DNA of 64,000 nucleotides from Candidatus Babeliales bacterium (GTDB lineage Bacteria; Babelota; Babeliae; Babelales; CAIQNR01): NCBI GenBank assembly GCA_031972475.1, contig DALYEP010000001.1, positions 325,147 to 389,146 of the forward strand, read 5' to 3'. Shown piece by piece: positions 58,259 to 64,000 of this stretch (position 1 is its first letter; each line of letters starts with the position of its first letter). The notes under the pieces were generated by a model. It saw only the letters and a program-made list of their open reading frames with translations, ran no database searches and was not told where the DNA came from. The position numbers and the translations under genes were made by a program.

Positions 58259-58392
58259 GAAACTATCTCCTTTTATGGCTAGACTGTTAATCTTTTTCCT
58301 TTAAAGACTTATATGCAACGATAACAAAAAGAATTTATAAGAAACAATATATACAATCTAAAATGAATAAAATAATTTCAGCCAAAGAGTAA

Positions 58393-59223
58393 TTAAAAAT
58401 TATAACTCAACTTTAATCCAAGACCAGTAGAAGGATTTGCAACAAGACCTATTTTTGTATTTTCATTAAAAATTGTTTTTTCCAGTGTCTTATGGGCTGC
58501 AAAACCAAAAACAACACCATACGTAACACCTAAAATAGTTTGGGATAAATAATGCCTATTAGTTACGATAGAAGCAGCCATTTCAAATCCTGTAGCTATC
58601 ATCAAAGGAACTCCCACTATTAAACCTTTTTCTAAAAACCAAAATGATGTTACATAACCAAACAAAGCACTATGACCAGAAGGATTACCACCATACGCAC
58701 GAGAATGACTACTAAAATTACCATTCCAAGGACGCTTATTACCCTCAGTCTCTGTATGTTTAATAATATTTTTTGTAATCCAAGTTAATGCTAATCCACC
58801 TATAAAAATTTCACCTCTTCTATTATGGTAAAGGTCATGACTAAAAAAATCCCTTAATGCAACAATAGGAATTACAACAGCTGCCGTATGCAATGCAATT
58901 TCAGAAAAAACTTTTGAAGGTTGATGTATATTTTCATGCAGCAAAGGATTATAAAAATGTTTTTGAATTTTATGATCTGCCGGACGTGCTGCAATATATA
59001 AAGGAATACCAACACAAGCTACATTAAAAGTATTCCAAGAAAATAAATTATAAAGATCTGCACCAATATCAGAAAGTATCCTACCTGTAAAATCTTTTAC
59101 ATTTTTAATAGCATCAGGCTTCTTTCTTTCTTTTTTATAATCTGTTTCATGCGCGTTTTCATCAACACCATACAAAGATGAAAACGCTACAAAAATTACT
59201 AACATAGATTGTATCTTGCGCAT
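58393..59223 (-). CDS. PAP2-family phosphatase-like protein with signal peptide
   Basis: KRP, PSGH, NRHYLSQ motifs; C-terminal GLGLKLSYNF. Confidence 0.8.
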   Translation of the reverse strand: MRKIQSMLVIFVAFSSLYGVDENAHETDYKKERKKPDAIKNVKDFTGRILSDIGADLYNLFSWNTFNVACVGIPLYIAARPADHKIQKHFYNPLLHENIHQPSKVFSEIALHTAAVVIPIVALRDFFSHDLYHNRRGEIFIGGLALTWITKNIIKHTETEGNKRPWNGNFSSHSRAYGGNPSGHSALFGYVTSFWFLEKGLIVGVPLMIATGFEMAASIVTNRHYLSQTILGVTYGVVFGFAAHKTLEKTIFNENTKIGLVANPSTGLGLKLSYNF

Positions 59224-59302
59224 GCCCCCTCCTGCCCCTTTATTTTCTCTTTATACCACAACAGTATATCAAAAATGACAGTTAGTTACGCAAGATACAA
59301 AA

Positions 59303-60742
59303 TTATAGAATTGGATGTTTTCTGTGCCAATCAGTCTTTTGCTGATATGCATATGCAGTTTGAAATAATAATTCTTCGGAAAGATGTGACCCTACTAACT
59401 GCATACCTAAAGGCAACCCTTTAGAAGAAAAACCAACAGGAATAGAAATACCAGGAACACCTGCCAAATTAAATGGTGCAGTAAAATAATCCTGTAAATC
59501 CATTGTCAATTTATCATTATCAAATTCACCTACTTTAAAAGCTGGTGTTGCATGAGTTGGTAAAACAAGCAGATCTACATCTTTAAATGCATCTAAAAGC
59601 TGTTGTTTAATAAGTTGCCTTACTTTTTGAGCATTATCATAAAATGCACCCGCATGCCCAACGGATAATACATAATTACCCACAAGAATACGAGCTTTAA
59701 CTTCCTTACCAAATCCATCATGTCTTGTCGCTTCATAAAGATCTATTAAAGATTTTCCAGGAACGCGAAGTCCATAACGAATTCCATCAAATCGTGCCAA
59801 GTTTGAAGCAGCTTCTGCTCGACTAATAATAAAATAACACGCAGCTCCATAATCAAGGCTTGGAATACTGATACGCTTAATAGTAGCACCCATTTTTTCA
59901 TACATTTTAATAGCATCTTCATTTGCCTGGCGAATTTCTGGATGCAAAGCCTGAGCATTATATGCGTCTTCAATGACACCAATCTTTAAACCTTGCTTAA
60001 TAGAACCATTTAAATTTTTAGTATAATCTTTTTTTTCAACAGACAGAGTTGTTGAATCAAAATTATCCTTGCCTGCAGTTGCAGACAGTAATAATGCACT
60101 ATCAAAAACAGTACGTGTTAAAAAACCAATTGTATCTAACGATGAGCCATATGCTATTAAACCAAATCTAGAATTTAAACCATATGTAGGTTTAAAACCA
60201 ACAATACCGCACAAAGCAGCAGGCTGGCGAACCGAGCCTCCTGTATCTGACCCTAATGCCCACGGCGCTAATCCTGCAGCAACTGCCGCCGCTGAACCAC
60301 TGCTCGATCCTCCTGGCACCAACTCTTTATTCCAAGGGTTTTTAGTAATACCAAAAGCAGAAGTCTCGCCAGAGCTTCCCATCGCAAACTCATCATTATT
60401 TACAGAACCTAAAGAAAGAGCTCCCTCTTTTTTTAAACGTTCTACTACTGTTGCATCATAGGTTGATCTAAAATTTTCTAATATTTTTGAAGCACATGAA
60501 GTAATTCTGTCTTTTTGACAAATATTACTTTTAACATAACCAGGAATACCAGAAAGAAGGCCATCATTTGAACTTTGAGAAAAGATTGATTCACTATCAT
60601 AATTTTCTAATACAGCATTCAAATCTTTATGATCAGCTGCTTTATTTATAAAAAATTCGACCACTTCTTTTTTTGAAATAGTATTTGAATCTATAAGTTT
60701 TTTTAATTCTTGAATACTTAAAAATGAAATATCTTGCATCAC
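59303..60742 (-). CDS. gatA: Asp/Glu-tRNA amidotransferase subunit A
   Basis: DEFAMGSSGE, PGGSSSGSAAAV, GSDTGGSVRQPA, EAASNLARFDGIRYG, GLPLGMQL. Confidence 0.97.
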   Translation of the reverse strand: MMQDISFLSIQELKKLIDSNTISKKEVVEFFINKAADHKDLNAVLENYDSESIFSQSSNDGLLSGIPGYVKSNICQKDRITSCASKILENFRSTYDATVVERLKKEGALSLGSVNNDEFAMGSSGETSAFGITKNPWNKELVPGGSSSGSAAAVAAGLAPWALGSDTGGSVRQPAALCGIVGFKPTYGLNSRFGLIAYGSSLDTIGFLTRTVFDSALLLSATAGKDNFDSTTLSVEKKDYTKNLNGSIKQGLKIGVIEDAYNAQALHPEIRQANEDAIKMYEKMGATIKRISIPSLDYGAACYFIISRAEAASNLARFDGIRYGLRVPGKSLIDLYEATRHDGFGKEVKARILVGNYVLSVGHAGAFYDNAQKVRQLIKQQLLDAFKDVDLLVLPTHATPAFKVGEFDNDKLTMDLQDYFTAPFNLAGVPGISIPVGFSSKGLPLGMQLVGSHLSEELLFQTAYAYQQKTDWHRKHPIL

Positions 60743-60755
60743 AATAACTCCAAAA

Positions 60756-61046
60756 TCACTTAGTTTTTTCTAAAATTTTTGGGACAACATAATATCCCTC
60801 TTGCACTTCTGGAGCAACCGCCATAACTATATCTACAGGACTGTTTGAAACAATATCAGGCCTTACTACATTATCTTCTTTAATACTTAAAGGAGATTCT
60901 ATAACATCCTGTCCTAAATCGGTTACGCGCTGAGCATAAGATAAGATATCATCTAATTGATGAGCTAAAGACTCAAGCTCATCATCTTTAACGGCAATAC
61001 GCGCAATTTGAGCAATAGATCGAACTTCTTCTTTAGTAATTTTCAT
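60756..61046 (-). CDS. gatC: Asp/Glu-tRNA amidotransferase subunit C
   Basis: MKITKEEVRSIAQIARI, NVVRPD, GYYVVPKIL; upstream of gatA. Confidence 0.92.
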   Translation of the reverse strand: MKITKEEVRSIAQIARIAVKDDELESLAHQLDDILSYAQRVTDLGQDVIESPLSIKEDNVVRPDIVSNSPVDIVMAVAPEVQEGYYVVPKILEKTK

Positions 61047-61047
61047 C

Positions 61048-62472
61048 TCAAACACCTTCTAAAGCTTTCTCTTTCCATGATTCTCTTCTTAACCTCCATA
61101 CATAAACCATACTCATTATGGCATTGCAAACATATAAGGAACTGTATACTAAAATAAATTTGATAACAACACTTTGCGTATCTAATCGAGAAAATCCAAA
61201 AGAAAGAGGTGCAAAAAAGCCTGCACATAATACAAGCCTGGTCCACATCACAACACGAACATCTGCTGCTCCACGTAATGCACCTGCAAGAATCAACTGC
61301 AAAATATCAAAAAATGCAAGTACGCTAATAACTGGAAAAGCTTTTGCAGCAAAATCGGTAAACTCTCCTTTAAGATCAAAGAATTGAATTATATACTTTG
61401 GAGAAATAGAACATAAAAATAAAATAAAAAAAACACTCACAGATGCCATAAAAATAATTTTTTTAGTTGTACTTTTAATTCCTTCCCAATCTTTTTTCCC
61501 ATAATCATTACTAACCAAAAAAGTAATAACTTGGGCAAAAGCAATAGCAGGAAGCAAAGAAAATCTTTCAATATCTTTAATAACAGAAAAACTTGCTAAA
61601 GCATTAGTCCCCATAGGAGCAATACAATATCCCAACCAAACATATGAACATGCAAGTGCCGCTTTGTCTATCATGACAGGCAAACTTAACAAAAAAAGCT
61701 CTTTCATTTTTTGATATGATGCAAACGATTCAAAAAAATTAATTTCATAACTTTTAATTGATTTACTAAAAAAAATATACGCAATAGCCGCAACACACAT
61801 TGATGCATATTCTATAACAGAAGCTATCGCAGATCCCATAAGGCCCATTTCTGGAAAACCAAATTTTCCAAAAATTAATGCATAATCAAAAAATAAAAAT
61901 AGCAAACAACCTACAATAAAAATATTCATTGGAACTTGAGTATTTTTAATACCGCGCAAAAATCCAATAAGACCAAAATAAATAAAAGTGAAGAAAACCC
62001 CAAAAGATCTCATTCTTAAAAAAGGAATTCCCAAAGCAATCATTTTTGGAGGGACTCTATACCAAATAAAAATATAATATGCGCCAAAATACAATAACGA
62101 AGAAACTAAAAGTCCAGTAAAAACAGTTGTCCAAAAAGAATTAATTAAAGCAGAACCTGCTTTTTTATGATGGCCAATACCATTATGCCTGCCAACAACA
62201 ACTATTGTTCCTATAGAAAGACCTTCTGCAATTTTAATAATTGAATGAAGCAATGAATTTGTCACACCAAGCGTTGCGTATGCTGATGTTGACTTAAGAT
62301 GAGCAACCCAACTTGCATCAATAAGCAAAGGAATAGAATACAAAATAACCGCAGTTATAAATTCTGGAATGAAATAATAAAAAATCTTTGAATAGCCTTC
62401 TCCATGGTCACGATCTCTAATGCCACCCAAATAACTAACCAACAAATTTCTTTTAAGCAAGTTTCTTTTCAC
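61048..62472 (-). CDS. MATE family efflux transporter
   Basis: 12 TM, GFLRGIKNTQVPM, LIFGKFGFPEMGLMGSAIAS, GALRGAAD. Confidence 0.9.
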   Translation of the reverse strand: MKRNLLKRNLLVSYLGGIRDRDHGEGYSKIFYYFIPEFITAVILYSIPLLIDASWVAHLKSTSAYATLGVTNSLLHSIIKIAEGLSIGTIVVVGRHNGIGHHKKAGSALINSFWTTVFTGLLVSSLLYFGAYYIFIWYRVPPKMIALGIPFLRMRSFGVFFTFIYFGLIGFLRGIKNTQVPMNIFIVGCLLFLFFDYALIFGKFGFPEMGLMGSAIASVIEYASMCVAAIAYIFFSKSIKSYEINFFESFASYQKMKELFLLSLPVMIDKAALACSYVWLGYCIAPMGTNALASFSVIKDIERFSLLPAIAFAQVITFLVSNDYGKKDWEGIKSTTKKIIFMASVSVFFILFLCSISPKYIIQFFDLKGEFTDFAAKAFPVISVLAFFDILQLILAGALRGAADVRVVMWTRLVLCAGFFAPLSFGFSRLDTQSVVIKFILVYSSLYVCNAIMSMVYVWRLRRESWKEKALEGV

Positions 62473-62737
62473 ATCAACCTTCCTTGTAATTAAACAAAGT
62501 ATTTATGGCTATCACTGCATATCCTAAGAAAAGATAGAAAAAATATTATTATCATGCAAATGAAGAGAAGATATTTTATATCAAAATAAAAATAAAATAT
62601 AATTACAAATATATTATTTTGTATTTTATTTTTAATATTTTTTTATCAAAAAAGAAAAACACTTCCTATTTTTTCAAAACTATTGGTATGCTAAGAGCAT
62701 AATAAAACGTAATAAAAATCGGAGAAACCAGAAAATC

Positions 62738-63442
62738 ATGGTAAAAAAACAAACTACAATCTTGTTCTTCACTCTCATGATACTTACTTTACATTCAAAA
62801 ACACCTCACTCAATTGTTTTAAGACTTCTCGAATATCCTTTTTTACAAGATATCAAAGCCATTACATCTGATCATGAAATTGAAATGGTTATAAAACCAA
62901 AAAATAAAGGTGAACAAGCTAACCACTTGCGAAAAAATAAATATCAAAAGTCTTCAATTAGTTTAGGTGGAATACCTATCATATACTATGGGTATATTAC
63001 ACATACTCGTTCAGACGGCATTGTTATGTTTCCTAAAATGCATACCGATCAAGAAATGTTTCTTTTAGTTTCTAACAACATTCGACCTGTCTTTATGTTA
63101 AGAAACACCGTTCATCATCTTGAAATTGAAAAAAACAGCCCACATTCATTTTTTAAAATTGAAAAAAAATACGACAACCAAACAGAAACCTACCTATGGA
63201 TTATAACCAAAGAAAAATTACCAGAAAACAATCAAATTCCTTTAGAAACAATAATAATTTTTACCGAACCAGAAACTTTATATATTCCAGAAGGAGCTTC
63301 TATTACTCATGAAACTGGACAAACTATTTTACCTCCATTTTATGTAAAAAATGACGAAAACCACATAAGAAATAACTTAGCATCTCTTGAAATCAATTAT
63401 ATTTTTAAAGCAATTGACCCTATAAAAAATCCTAATCTATAA
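62738..63442 (+). CDS. secreted hypothetical protein
   Basis: MVKKQTTILFFTLMILTLHS signal peptide. Confidence 0.7.
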   Translation: MVKKQTTILFFTLMILTLHSKTPHSIVLRLLEYPFLQDIKAITSDHEIEMVIKPKNKGEQANHLRKNKYQKSSISLGGIPIIYYGYITHTRSDGIVMFPKMHTDQEMFLLVSNNIRPVFMLRNTVHHLEIEKNSPHSFFKIEKKYDNQTETYLWIITKEKLPENNQIPLETIIIFTEPETLYIPEGASITHETGQTILPPFYVKNDENHIRNNLASLEINYIFKAIDPIKNPNL

Positions 63443-63509
63443 ATAACTATGCAAAAAAATCCTTTTATAGTACTTTTTTTAAGAGCAAATGTTAAAAAAC
63501 TTCTTAATC

Positions 63510-63547
63510 AGTAAACAATTATACAACAATACTGTTGTATATTTACT
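63510..63547 (+). promoter_or_regulatory. palindromic operator or RBS-proximal hairpin
   Basis: AGTAAA-caat-TATACAACA-atac-TGTTGTATA-TTTACT immediately before AGGGAG. Confidence 0.5.
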
Positions 63548-63564
63548 AGGGAGAACTACCACGT

Positions 63565-64000
63565 ATGAAACTTCAAATATCTTTTGATGAAACTCAGCTT
63601 GATCAAAATATAGAAGAAGCGCGCATCATAGCCCAATACGCAGACATCTTAGAAATTGGAACACTTCCCATTTTGAAATGGGGAGCCAAAGCAGTTGAAA
63701 TCTTTCGCGCAGAATTTCCTGAAAAAATACTTCTTGCAGATAGTAAAATTGTAGACAGAGGAAGAGATGCAGCAAGCATTTTTGCTCAAGCAGGAGCCGA
63801 TTGGATTACTGTTATGGCAGGAACCAATAAAGAAGTTATTCATGCTGTTTGTTCAAAAGCTCATGACATGGGCAAAAAAGTAATGCTTGATGTCTTAGAT
63901 GCTAATTCCCCAGGACAAGCTGCCCTTGAAGCAAAAAGTCTTGGTATCGATTCCATTATGTTTCATCAACCATATGATAAAAACGAAACTATTTTATTTT
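63565..64000 (+). CDS. 3-hexulose-6-phosphate synthase / KGPDC family (OMPDC superfamily), truncated by window end
   Basis: Manual translation MKLQISFD...ADILEIGT...LLADSKIVDRG...AGADWITVMA...VMLDVL...SIMFHQPYD; AGGGAG RBS. Confidence 0.88.
   Translation, partial: MKLQISFDETQLDQNIEEARIIAQYADILEIGTLPILKWGAKAVEIFRAEFPEKILLADSKIVDRGRDAASIFAQAGADWITVMAGTNKEVIHAVCSKAHDMGKKVMLDVLDANSPGQAALEAKSLGIDSIMFHQPYDKNETILF

Noticed and set aside
57999-58304. Plus-strand 101-aa ORF
   Set aside because: Antisense to the Zn-ribbon gene, which has the RBS and terminator
62580-62645. AT-only inverted repeats in the intergenic region
   Set aside because: Expected by chance in near-pure A/T sequence
620-63843. 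Numerous 60-130-aa ORFs nested in or antisense to long genes
   Set aside because: Fully overlap well-supported genes, no RBS or motifs
1-64000. CRISPR array, rRNA, IS elements, alternative genetic code
   Set aside because: No spaced repeats, rRNA-like or transposase sequence; TGA terminates well-defined genes (atpA, nth, MATE), so code 11 applies

Overview
AT-rich (about 30% GC by eye), gene-dense bacterial chromosomal segment of mostly housekeeping genes (thrS, tyrS, partial atp operon, murE, rpoD-dnaG, mnmG, xerC, mrdA, ftsH x2, tolQRAB, cca, dsbD, der, dnaX, mreC, dusB, gatCA) and 3 tRNAs, interspersed with many signal-peptide ORFans. Gene content and style suggest a host-associated lineage such as Ca. 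Dependentiae/Babelota (TM6); this is an inference. No CRISPR, rRNA, IS or prophage was seen. Most notable: (1) an unannotated 27-aa ORF (signal peptide + LTPPTPPF) divergent from a 916-aa 7TM-GAF-PAS-dead AAA+-Fis HTH one-component regulator, with a palindrome on the shared promoter: a candidate peptide-pheromone/receptor system; (2) a signal-peptide-bearing adenylosuccinate synthetase homolog that has lost most catalytic motifs; (3) candidate chromatin components (Hc2/H1-like protein, about 150-aa Lys-rich RpoD tail, unannotated 51-aa Zn-ribbon protein); (4) other degenerate enzyme homologs and a tandem FtsH duplication.
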